A stretch of 51,767 nucleotides of DNA, the filler included, from Catajapyx aquilonaris (Eukaryota): assembly GCA_000934665.2 (NCBI GenBank). It is 2 parts of 2 records of this genome, joined end to end, with 100 filler letters (N's around TTAATTAATTAA, not from the genome) between each part and the next. Parts side by side here need not be neighbours in the genome. Positions count along the whole stretch, not along the records: positions 25,892 to 51,767 come from KZ539325.1; 1 more part is not named here. One strand, given 5' to 3'. Shown here piece after piece: positions 26,031 through 36,998 of the stretch. Position numbers and translations under genes: made by a program. A model generated the notes under the pieces. The model worked only from the letters and a program-made list of their open reading frames with translations. It made no database searches and had not been told where the DNA came from. Each line of letters starts with the position of its first letter. Position 1 is the stretch's first letter.

Positions 26031-26308
26031 TCATACCCCGTTATCAGCCTATCGGCTCTTTAGGGGGGAAGTTTTTTTGTTTTGCCTGGAACTCTTTGCT
26101 TTCATTTTACTGCGCTTTTTGGGATAGGATAGGGACGGAAGGAAGCAGCTGTGGCCTATTAATTACGGAAACAACTCCGGAATTTTCCTGGAAGGACCGT
26201 GGGAAACCACAGAAAACCACGGTCAGAGTTGCCGGCCCCGGGATTTGATCCCAAGACCTCCCGATTAGCAGTCGGACACCATATCCCCGACTCCAAACTG
26301 CTTCGGTA
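25991..26308 (-). mobile_element. tRNA-derived SINE family 1, copy 2 with (ATT)n tail
   Basis: Similar to 10734-10962 (ACCGAAGCAG...GTCCGACTGCTAATCGGGAGGTC...TAGGCCACAGC) and ends in an (ATT)n microsatellite. Confidence 0.85.
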
Positions 26309-26499
26309 TGAGGAGGTGATTATAGTACTGCATTTAATTTTTAATGGCAATTAAAATACAAATAACTGTTGTTTTTTGGTGCTACTCCTGCAGGTATGAA
26401 TGCGAGCAGTGGTAGTAGTACTTTCTGTGAAACTCAATTATAATTTAAGCAGAGTAGTTACATTGCATTAAAAAATACCTGAAAGTGGATGAGCTAATC

Positions 26500-27130
26500 T
26501 ATTATTATTATTATTATTATTATTTATTTGTGTACCCAATTAGGCAAATGCCCATACATGGGGGGCTCCCCCAGAATTTCATTTTACAAAAAAATATTCG
26601 CTACAGCTTGACCTTGGGTCCCTTTAAAAAATGCAAAGTACATAGTAGCTGCAATGGGGGGTGGTGAAGAGGGGGGGAGACATAAGTTTGTATTGCTTAG
26701 TTGTACTATATACATTTATATCAAGATGTCACAAAACCGCAGTTTAGAGATTACCGATTTAAAGAAAGCCCCTATTATCCGTTGGTTACAAGGGTGCAAG
26801 TTAAGCAATAGTGTGTGTGCTTTATCTGGAGGTAGTTTTGGAATGTCTTTTAACAGGCTGCGTTGTGCGTTGAAAAATGTGCAGCTGTAAAACAGATGAT
26901 ACAGGTTGAAATCTTCCTCGCTATTACATAGTGAACAACAGGGATGGAAAAAGAACCGCTTCTTTGGGCGGTAAGCGGTTCTTTTTCTATCCCTGCACAT
27001 GGAAAAAAGAAGCGCTTCTTGGAAGGAAGCGGTACTTTTTCCATCCCTGGTGAACAAGGATCGTCTTTAGACCAGTGCAACTTGTATGAGCTAATCTATC
27101 ATTGTTCCATAGGCCAATTTTTTTTAAGGA
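26500..27130 (-). mobile_element. 5'-truncated LINE 3' end (ORF2 C-terminal CCHC motif, 3' UTR, (TAA)n tail)
   Basis: After removing 26939-27049 and one TSD it reads SYKLHWSKDDPCSLCNSEEDFNLYHLFYSC...FCDILI*; tail AAATAAATAATAATAA. Confidence 0.75.
26939..27049. mobile_element. 111-bp hAT-type MITE
   Basis: TIR CAGGGATGGAAAAAG; perfect 8-bp TSD GTGAACAA. Confidence 0.9.
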
Positions 27131-27289
27131 AGTAGTTTGTGATAAATATTTCTGAAATTTGGAAACTGGAGGAGTAGCACCAAAAGTGACACTTATTTGC
27201 ATTTTAATCACCATAAAAATTAATGACTCCCACCTGACCAATAGAATATTTTTGCCAGTGCTGGAATTGTATTTATTGTCATTATTATT

Positions 27290-27446
27290 ATTATCATTAT
27301 TATACATTTACTCTTCATTCTAGGACGTGTGACTGATGTACCCTCCCGACGCAGGTGAAAGGAAAGTTCCCCAGGCGGGGATCGAACCTGGGGCCTTTCA
27401 CTCAGCAAGCCGTGACGTTACCATCACGGCCACCACACCTCCCCCT
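27290..27446 (-). mobile_element. tRNA-derived SINE family 3, short copy
   Basis: TGGCCGTGATGG...GGTTCGATCCC pol III boxes; head shared with 28505-28850; flanked by (ATT)n runs. Confidence 0.75.
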
Positions 27447-27968
27447 TATTATTATTATTATTATTCAAACCAACAGTAGCACATTTCCCTATGAAAGTAA
27501 TACGTGATGTATGAGATGGGATTTATTTTAGAAGAAGATAAAAGCATGACACATTCACAGACTATGCCTGTGTCAGAGTTACGGGGACCACACCATAAAG
27601 GCTCCACGCCACTGACTATGACTGTCAATGCAGTAAAAACAGGTGAATCAAAAGCAATGTGGTAAATCCCTGACAACAATTATCTCAGTGTAATACTAAC
27701 CTATCATGAGACGTGCAAGTACATGACCGTACCGGAAGCCAGATTTCTACCACCAGCTTTCATGACACTCTGTATACGACCCAAAATTGTCCTCTCACAG
27801 ACTCTCAATGTCAGGAAATACGTGTCTGCAATCCTTCCCAAGATGGTAACATTTACAAATCAGACAAAAAGTGGCATTCTAGTGAGTGACTTATTAGTGA
27901 CTTATGCAGATCAGTCCCAGCAGATTTTCAGTCAAATTTCTACCACAAAGTGTACATGTCAGTAATAA

Positions 27969-28237
27969 TAATAATAATAATGGATACCCCATGATAAGCC
28001 TCCTTGGGCTCTTTAGGGGATCATCTTTTTAATTAACCGACTTTAATCATTGCCTTTGCTATGATGGATTTTGATAGTGGGAGGAAACGGGAGAACCCCG
28101 AGAAAACCCACGCGAACACGGAGAGAACCCATCGAAACTCTATCCACATAAGTATCCTCTGTCCGATCCGGGGATCGAACTCGGGACCTTAGAGGTGGAA
28201 GGCTGCGGCGCTAACCACTCGGCCACCGTGTCGCCCG
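27969..28237 (-). mobile_element. tRNA-derived SINE with V-domain-like core
   Basis: A box TGGCCGAGTGG, B box AGTTCGATCC, core GTTCTCTCCGTGTTCGCGTGGGTTTTCTCGGGGTTCTCCCGTTTCCTCCCAC, (ATT)n tail, 15-bp TSD ACATGTCAGTAATAA. Confidence 0.88.
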
Positions 28238-28504
28238 ACATGTCAGTAATAAGAAGCTGGATTTTAATGACACCCCCCCCCCCCCAATCCCATCCATTCA
28301 GAGAAAACTCGTAGTCCTATAAGTGTTTAGGGGAAATCGCAAATGTTGCTTAATATTCCCAATTCATAATCTAAGATTTTCCCTTACTTGGCATTCACAA
28401 ACCAGCCCTAAGGCTTGTATCAATGTATGAAGGCAAAAGAGAACATCTCTGATTATGAATATTTATACAATCATAATCTAACATTTCCCACAACTAGTGT
28501 TCAT

Positions 28505-28875
28505 GGGGTGTAGATGGCCGAGATGGTAACGTCTCGGCTTCTGAGTGAAAGGTCCTAGATTCGAGCCTGGGAGTTCCCTTTCGCCTGTGTCGGGAGGGTC
28601 TCTGACCTGTGCATTAGAGGTGTCTGGCAACCTAACCTCCTGGGGGACTGCACATGGCCCAAATGTTTAAGACATTGCCCCTGCACAAGTGTCCCCTCCC
28701 GGAAAAATCCGTATCCTTACCCAATGTCCTTGTTTCCTTGCACCGGAGAATGAAGAAAAGTTGCAAAACACTAGAAAACTGATGGTGGTATACCACCCCC
28801 CTATAACGGCTTACAGCTGTATCACAGGGTAAAATAAATTTAAAAAATATACTTAAAAAAATAAAAAAAAAGAAA
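28505..28875 (+). mobile_element. tRNA-derived SINE family 3, longer copy with A-rich tail
   Basis: Head GGTGTAGATGGCCGAGATGGTAACGTC...TGAGTGAAAGG...TCGGGAGGGT matches 27290-27446; ACTAGTGTTCAT is repeated on both flanks as a TSD. Confidence 0.75.
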
Positions 28876-29572
28876 GTAACTAGTGTTCATATAAGTAGGC
28901 CTTCAGCTATTGCCAACCACTCAGAAGGTTGTCACCAAGAGTTTCTGTGGTGTCTCCTTGACTATGATGACAACCAGTATATATATCCATTTTTCTGCAA
29001 TGCTACGGTATTACCTCACTTAAAGCGGCATGCCGATATAACCTGGGGGTGGCCGGCATGCCACAATAACTGACGTAGATTTCCATAATGTTGATCCTTG
29101 GCAAATTTTTTGGAATGCATATGGTACTGTACTAAAGACAATGTTATGGTGAAAAATGTACGAGTACAGACCTACAGGGCTGTGAGAACATGCAAGTTCA
29201 TCTGTTGCACAGGGCATAGATTATGAGTTTATGACCAATGACCAATCCCATATTCAGCCTGCTCTGAGAGGGGAATCCCCCTAAGCATTACAAAGGATCA
29301 AGGCAAATTCCTTCAGTTCTTCGTTTTGCTGGTCGCAGATCACGTTGGCAGTCAGAGGATCGATTTGTATCAGTCTGAGAAGCCTCGTTACTCAGATAAT
29401 AAAATCCAAACCCAATGTATGAAATATCCTAGTAGGTATGCTTCCCTTCCTGCAGCCTTGCACTTTTAATTGAAATTTGAACTTAACGAACAATCTTATG
29501 GGATGTGTCAGGCAATAGAAGTTCCCTTGGTTGTATCTGCACCTCTTATCAGTGGAGCTTAACGTCGGGCTA

Positions 29573-30157
29573 AGGTGAAGTGGGGTAAGTGCATACACGG
29601 GCCGCCATATTGGAATGAAAATGGCTGACGACACCAAAACGCGTCAGGCACTCTTTTGTGTAGCTGCACATAACATCCCCACAAGAGGTGAGCATTGTTA
29701 GGTGAATTACAGTGATTGCATGGGAAGTGAAGCAGACAGTGTAAATTATCTCGCAAGGTGCAAGTTGCAGACTTGCGTTCAAGTAATGTACACTGATGGT
29801 AAAAAAAAATTGGAATGAGACAAAGCATAATAAATAAAGATTGATACGTGGAGATGTACGCACTATCCTCAGATTACACTGCTTGTAGTTTAGAAGGAGA
29901 GCACAGGGCGGGTACGTACTTACCCCAAGAGGCGGGGTAAGTGCGTACACTGGACCTTGTGTTGGATTATACCATGTATTGGGTACACCACAGTTGATAT
30001 CACAAAGACACTTACAGGAAATGAAAGCCAAATGTATGGCTCTTCTATGCGTAATTGCGTATGTTGAAAGAATTTCAATTTTTGTTTTTGTTATTTTGCA
30101 ATCGCTGCAGAAAGTTCATGTTTCCAAAAAGCGGTACGCACTTACCCCACTTCACCT
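29573..30157 (-). mobile_element. MITE family A copy 2
   Basis: Largely the reverse complement of 441-1015, with TA flanks and the same TIRs. Confidence 0.9.
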
Positions 30158-30159
30158 TA

Positions 30160-30412
30160 TTTCTGCGGCTAAGGCTAATCACCGATGACAGGGGGTGGTC
30201 CTCCACCTGGAAATTTGGCCACTCTGGGGATCTTTAATGTGCACTTAACGTGGCACAAGCACACAGGACCGACGGCTTTACGTCCCCTCCGAAGGAAGGC
30301 ATACTCTCACTTTTCTACCACCCAGAGAAAAGTCACCGACCTCGGCCGGGTTCGAACCCACAACTTTGGGTCTAGAGGCGAGCGCGCTAACCACCAGACC
30401 ACCAGCGCCGGC
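30160..30412 (-). mobile_element. tRNA-derived SINE with Nin/Deu-domain-like core
   Basis: TGGTCTGGTGG / GGTTCGAACCC boxes; core CTTCGGAGGGGACGTAAAGCCGTCGGTCC...GCACATTAAAGATCCCC. The 3' part probably continues at about 29540-29570 across MITE A. Confidence 0.78.
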
Positions 30413-31339
30413 ATGCTGTATCCGCACCGTAGAACATGGTGCAATGCATTGAGTAATAATTTTCCGAGATTGTGATAATGCTGTAATTAAGAAAACTTTA
30501 CCTTATACCGGCATGCCGGTATAGCCACCAGATCGCGCATTTTTTAAAACTGGTCGACCTCGACTACACTGGCATGCCACTTTAAGTGAGATAATACGGT
30601 AATAGTATGGGTGTTTGATATGTTACTACATCTACAGCAACAACAGCAAAACTCTTGGTGAAGCTCTTGACAAAGTAACATGGTTTCTCTGTGGCCTTTT
30701 CACTTTTCTACCACTGAATAAAAAGTCAAAATTTGAAACCATTAATTTTGGTCAATGTCATGCATTTTTTTTGTTCCTTACATAGGGGAGTTATTCCATA
30801 GCCACTGATTAAGCTCCTGGAGTTTTCCCTGTCATATGACAATAATCAGTCAGACTCTGATAAGTGATCATGTAGAAAAACATATTTAAAATGCCTACAA
30901 ATTTCAGTGTACCCACTCAAATTCATCAACTCCCTGCCAAGAGCAAGATAATCATGTAGCAGAAGCAACCAAACTGCTATAGCCTTGTAGATGTGGACCT
31001 GAGGTGCGGACTTTGAACACACTTTCAACCATTACCATCAATAACAAGACAGCAGGTCTTTTTGCTGGAACCTCCCAAAATTGGCAAAAAGTACGCTATG
31101 ACACCCATCCTATTAAGGGATCTATGCACAGGTGGTTTTAGCATTAGTTTTAGTCTTAGTCTTAAGGACCATCTAATTGATGCAGGCTGCTTCAGGCCCA
31201 AGGGTAGAGTAGCTCATTAGCCATTTGCAGATCCTTAGACTAACACTAGTGCTAAACCCACCCCGTATGTGGGGTTCACCCATCATATGGCACTGGTGCA
31301 GTAGTGCAAAAAAAACCATAACATTGCACTTATATAAAA

Positions 31340-31345
31340 TTTATT
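31340..31345 (-). terminator. Candidate polyadenylation signal for TMEM11
   Basis: AATAAA on the minus strand about 680 nt downstream of the TMEM11 stop. Confidence 0.35.
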
Positions 31346-32021
31346 GGCATGCTTTCGTGCCTAGATGACTTACAGCAGAGTCCACAACATAAATCAATTT
31401 TGACGATGTACAACATACATTTCGGGAGAATATGATTTTCCGAAATTACAAATATTTTGATCTGCGACATTATTTGGTCAGGACTAAGCTGACTTTTGAT
31501 CACATTGAAATTTCATATTTTTGTGATGAAGCCAATACACGAGGCACTCGAGTTTTATGATTGGATCAAGTTTTCTAGTGTTATTAACTGCTCACTCAAC
31601 AATTTATGACAATGTAAAGCATGATCCAATCATGAAATGTTAATGCCTTGTCAATAGTTCTACTGAGAAAACACAATTACATTTTCAATACAACAAAAAT
31701 GTGTAAGTGGACTGGTCTTGAGAGAAGCAAATAAATGTGTAATGCTCAAGCAAGGGACCTGTCACTGAACTCAAGTGTTCAGAACAAGCCCTCAACAATT
31801 AAGTTGGCACGTCACTAGTGATTCTGACCAGTACAAGTGCACTTCGAAGATCGATAGACAAAACCATGGCCATAAACCCTCCTCACACTGACATTAACAC
31901 ATCTGTAGATGGAGGGTGGCCAATTACATGATAGGTGCCTGACCTCATCTGGACGAGACATGCCACTCTCCAGCAGATCTGTGAACATGTGATCCTTTCT
32001 GGGCTACTGGAACCATTGCCA

Positions 32022-34996
32022 CTACATATATACTTGCCATATCCTCCACAAAAGAAGTGTGAGGGCTGAGGCAGTAACGACAGAATGCAGGGTCTTGCGG
32101 CGTGTATCATCTCGCCGTACCAAGACCAAGGGTATTGGGGGATTACTGCCAGGATTATCTGTAGGTTTCACTGGAGGCATAATAGTGTTGAATGGTAGGC
32201 GTGATAGTAGATTAGTATCCGTTTCTACTTGGTACTTGCAGCATGGATCAAATTGCCATGACACAGTGTACAGTCCAGTGCACAGAGATGAGAGGGCGCA
32301 GAAGGGGCCTGCGATGAATGGATATTTGGGCCACATAAAACCTGTGGATTGAATCTGCTGATAACAGACCATGTGTAAACAATGTGTACTAAATGCATAA
32401 AGCCACGTGCAGTTAATGGCTGCACAAATTTTACAACCATATCCTGACTGCAAGAGTTTGATGCAATAAGCATAACATCTTTTGAATTATTTGTATCAAT
32501 ATCACAAATGGATATGAGGTTAACTACAGTAGTTTGCTTCAGTTCTCTTTGTTATTGACTTACAAATACAATTCTGGTGGCAGAGAGTAATTTGGGATTC
32601 TTCGTGCAGTCCAGGCCGCAGCCCAGAGCCCTAGACCCTAGACCTTCATTTGTTTTGCCACTTCAGGGAAATTTTTGTCTAGTAGTAGTAGCAATAGTAG
32701 ATAATAAAAATATGTTCCATCATGCTGCAATACAATTGTTTGGGTAAATCTCTTTCAAACATTTGGGATAATACACCCACCCCTTTTGTCTTATCATGTG
32801 ATGGTTTTGTTTCCTTTTGAGAATTAATTCATACTTGACAACACAATTTTGCAGTTGAAATGGGTTTTGCCACTATTGGTTCACAACCGTGCATTAATGG
32901 CTATGCACAGACATCACCACCCAGCCGACATAAGTCGCAGCGGCTGCGTCCAAAATACTTGTACAGCTCAAGACTGCTCACGAGACCGCTCAAGACATCG
33001 GGGTGGATTCAAAAGCTTGCTACCAAGATGGATCATAGATATAACACATGTATCTATGGGATGGCTTATAAAACCATTGCGATTCCTCTCACTGCACTAA
33101 AGTTGTGAACCAGTTATTACACGGACCACGAGAATGCTTATTAGAAATAGGGCCTATTATTGTCTCTTGTTATTAAATGTGCGGCTGTATAGGGGACTTT
33201 TGGAAGTGCACGTAAACAGCATCACTCTTCTCTTATCATTTCACTGTTAAATTCAGGAGTTTTTAATACACTGTAGTAAAACGAAGCAAGTCATGTAGGG
33301 TGGCGCAAAAGATTGTGTATAGGCGACAACTGTCATTCGAGAGACTCAGGTGTGACTCTGACTAATGATTGGCAATGGATGACATTTCTTGTCAAGCCCA
33401 GCAGATCCTACCCCTTTCTAGATAACTTCTGAATTAAAAAGCAAAATGATGAGAGAAGAGTGATGCTGTTTACACACACTCCAAAAAGTCCCCTATACAG
33501 CAGCACATGAAACAACAATACACTGCATTGACAGGAATCGCAATGGCCTTATAATCCATCCCACAGATATATCTATGATCCATCTTTGTAGCAAGCGTTT
33601 GAATCCACCGCGATATCTGGAACTGTCCAAGTATTTTTGACGCAGCCGCCACCGCTTATTTCCGCCAGGTGGCTATGTCTGTGCATAGCCATTAATTAAG
33701 CAGGGTACTGTTCATATACAAAGTGTTACAAGTATTCAAGTCTTTTCAGTTATTGCAAATTTTGCCTGTAGGTGTTATTTTTGTTAGCTTGTTTCACCCT
33801 GATCGAGTGCCCAATTATATGGCAGCTGCTCTATTCTACCACCTGGGAATATTTGGGCACCTTGTGTTTTTGTTTTGTTTTATATGGGCAAAAATAACTA
33901 CAGAAAAATAACAACTTCTGGTGAAATTTGTAATAGCTAAAATCCTAAATGCTTGGAATACATGTAGTGTTACTGCATGTTGGCTGGTTGTAGATATTCT
34001 TCATTGCACAGATTGCAAATATGCCATCTCTTTCTCCCCCCCTCCCTTCCAGTCCGCAAAAATTATTATTAGATTTTTAACAGCACTGAATGTCTGCAAG
34101 TGCTTGATAGATGCAAAACAAATTTCAGGTTATAAATGAAGTATAAATGTGAACTCACATTGACTAACAACAATGCAACCAAAGAGACGAGGAGGAAGGC
34201 TTTTGTTATAAAAAGTAATAAAGTGATTTACAGGAGCATAAGAGCCCTCTCAAATTGTCACTGACTGACAGGAAGGAGGCGGTGAGATTATTCTTGATTA
34301 TGTACCCATTTGTAAGCATTTTTAAAGCAGTAAGTGTTCAATTGTATCTCAATTTGTACACCTTACGTGACTTAACAATGCTGGCCACCCACCTAAAACA
34401 ATGGACGATGCGCCTGCTATAACAGCTGTCTTGTGTAGGCAATTTCCAACTGCAATCCATCGCGCCGTTTCATCCCCAAGTTGTGTCGGCTGAATAACAA
34501 TATTGTAACAGCCTGCTTCCAGTGCCCGCTCGAGCTCCACCTCAAATGCCTCGTGTGCATTTTCGCTGTCATACACTTCTTTCACCACTGCTAAGTCGGA
34601 ATATTGCTGAAATGTTCCGCTGAAAGAGACACGATTGTACACATATCATAACGTCAATTCCACCATCTAACACTACCCTTAAGCCACCCGCACAAAACTG
34701 ACCAATCTCTGCTGGGAGTCGAACCCAGGTCCGTACTTTATGCACGTGTTTTCCCATTAAACTACAGAGACTGCAGAGTCCACTTACCCAACCAGCTGTC
34801 ATTGTTATCTAATATGAGTTTTTGTGCCAAGTCCCCACGTCACTACGCTCGCCATCTAATTAGCCGTCCTTTTGGCCCTCAGGTTTGCATCTACCATGAC
34901 CAAAACCAGCACCCAAACTTACAACTCATCATATCATGGGCCCTGGCCGTATGGCAAAGTGGACACCAAAACAACAAACCTTGAGCGACTGTCCAT
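32022..34996 (-). CDS. TMEM11: Transmembrane protein 11, mitochondrial (TMEM11 / Drosophila PMI homolog), 187 aa
   Basis: Exons 34996-34980 (MDSRS, AG|GTTTGT), 34619-34393 and 32341-32022 total 564 nt in frame. Family motifs EVYDSENAHEAFEVELERALE, IVIQPTQLGDETARWIAVGNCLHKTAV, LYTVSWQFDPCCKYQVE, LVRRDD are present. Exon 1 is less certain than exons 2-3. Confidence 0.95.
32885..33710. mobile_element. MITE family B copy in TMEM11 intron 2
   Basis: Long inverted arms matching 14843-15825; ends ...GCAGGGTACTG; internal inverted repeat at about 33185-33265 / 33425-33500. Confidence 0.75.
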
Positions 34997-35142
34997 CACA
35001 CACTACAGCGCCTCTTCATGGGGTGGAAGAGGGACTGGGTCCTCCGTCGGGTGCTCCCAAAGTATGTTCCAACCTCCAAGACCAAGAGACGACGAATGGA
35101 TAATACACGCAGGGGGGCGCCATCCTAGAGGATATTCAAAGC

Positions 35143-35160
35143 CACGTGACTGTGACGTCA
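35143..35160. promoter_or_regulatory. Adjacent E-box (CACGTG) and perfect CRE (TGACGTCA) upstream of TMEM11 exon 1
   Basis: CACGTG at 35143-35148 and TGACGTCA at 35153-35160, about 150 nt 5' of the TMEM11 ATG in a CpG-richer region. Function is not shown. Confidence 0.4.
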
Positions 35161-35466
35161 TACATCTGACATGAGAAGGAAGGCGCCATTGATCATTTTT
35201 GAAATACTTTACGGACTTTTTTATAAGTATACGAATATTTTTGGGTAGATTTATGATACCGATTTGTCTAGAGTAATGAGCGATTTTTTGGCATGTGTAT
35301 GGCATAAATAACGTGTTAAAATATTCAAGAAAGACAGTGAGACACGCGGTGAAAACGTGATTTGGTAGTTTGAATTTGTCAGGCGCGTGACGTTTTTAGG
35401 TCTCCACCAACCAAGTGTCCTGTACTCTGATGGTTCAACCTTATAGAAGACTCGTACTAGAACAAC

Positions 35467-35548
35467 CTTGATGTAATGTAGGAGAGCCGTGCATGCGATT
35501 GGCGTGGTTGCCGTGAGGGGGAATGGGATGGCGGTAAAAGGACGCCAT
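35467..35548 (-). CDS. Candidate first coding exon of the zinc-finger gene (MASFYRHPIPPHGNHANRMHGSPTLHQG)
   Basis: AAGATGGCG start context. The 82-nt exon ends in phase 1 at AAG|GTTGTT, matching the phase-1 acceptor at 23861; the joined CDS is 2082 nt (693 aa) with no stop. The donor is weak and the join is inferred. Confidence 0.45.
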
Positions 35549-36679
35549 CTTCGAGTGTATACCGAAACCTCTGTGGTCCAAGGCGGATAGAACCAAGATC
35601 TTGGGATAGAACAAGGATAGAAATAATAGACAAGAATCCGCAGTTGTCAAAATCCGTTGCCCGCTTCTGGCAATGAATTATCAACCAATATATCGCTTCG
35701 ATTCGCTCTTTTGTCGCCATTGGCTCTGGCGCCAATAGTACGACACCAAGCGATTTTATGCATCAAGGAATATGAAAATACCTGAAAATATGGTCCATGT
35801 AGGCTTTTGTGTGTGAGAAATTGCCTGTGAATCGTGGGAACCTTTCTGTTGTTATTCCTAGTGGAAACCCGAGTGTGTAAAGGGACATTATTAGGAATCC
35901 CGCTTTTCTGTCTGGAATCAGGAACTACGGTAGACGGAGTGAAAGCAGCTTTGAGAAAACTCTGTTTATACTAGGGAAGCACAAAGAACACTACACTGAC
36001 TACAGTGTCCCTTTCTCGGCAGCTGAGACAACGAAGCGCAAAAACTAGAGAAAAGAAATATACGTAGATAAAAAAAAATATTCCGAAAACATGTATAGGC
36101 TACATTCGCTCAGGTAACAAAGTAACTATCGATGAGTAGACTACCTTGCACATGAATATTCACATAAATTACCGGTAGATCAAAGTATTATATGTGACTG
36201 TTGGGAAAAACACTTCTTGCACACCTGATGGATAGCTAAGTTCGTTGTCTCGCGTCGATTTTGAACTAGATGGATATTTTTAATAACTTATAGCCTACTG
36301 TTACGCTTGTAATGAAATTACTGTATAAAGTAAATCAAATGAGGCCACCTTAACGAATAACATTTTTCTACTGTTACGTAATTTCCTGTAAGTGTCAGTT
36401 GTTTAATGGCTGAAAATTTCCAATAATTTTGCACTTGAAATATATTCTCGTTTGCATTATTTAAAGTCCGCAAACCCAGTCAGGTTTTATTTCCAAACAG
36501 ACATAAATAAATCCAACTGATCAAAATCACAATGCATGGTACGCCTATATTATAAGGTCACATGACGCTCTGGTCCCTTCCGTGCTCGTCATCCCATATT
36601 GAACTGACTTGGCACTAAGGAGCCTTTAGCTTCGACATGGAGTCAAGAGAAGATGAAGATGTTCAGGTGTCACCTAGTC

Positions 36680-36998
36680 CAGTGGTCCCCAACCCCCGGG
36701 CCGCGGACCGGTACCGGTCCGTGGATCAAGTGGTACCGGGCCGCCCAGTTATTTCCATTTTTTTTCTACATTATTTTATCGATATATCGTCTGATCTGGG
36801 GCCATGGTACGGTATTTCTGGCCTTGGCAGGGTATTTCCAACGCTATATACCCCCAGATGGAACCGTCTCGTTGCAATAAAGAAACAAGCTCAGGGTTCT
36901 CATTGATTTTGCATTCTNCCCCCCCCCCCCGCAGCGGGCCGTGGTAAAATTATCAAACGTTGACCGGTCCGGGGCGATAAAAAGGTTGGGGACCACTG
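36680..36998. mobile_element. hAT/Charlie-type MITE
   Basis: TIR CAGTGGTCCCCAACC / GGTTGGGGACCACTG; 8-bp TSD ACCTAGTC / CCCTAGTC (7 of 8 match). Confidence 0.88.

Larger units (their letters stand above)
29006..30599. mobile_element. TA-flanked TIR element hosting the Nin-like SINE and MITE A copy 2
   Basis: TIR C(G/C)GTATTA(C/T)CTCACTTAAAG(C/T)GGCATGCC at both ends, TA flanks. Confidence 0.7.

Noticed and set aside
36637..36906. 89-aa ORF MESREDEDVQ...
   Set aside because: Mostly runs through the hAT MITE; with the MITE removed it stops after about 28 codons.
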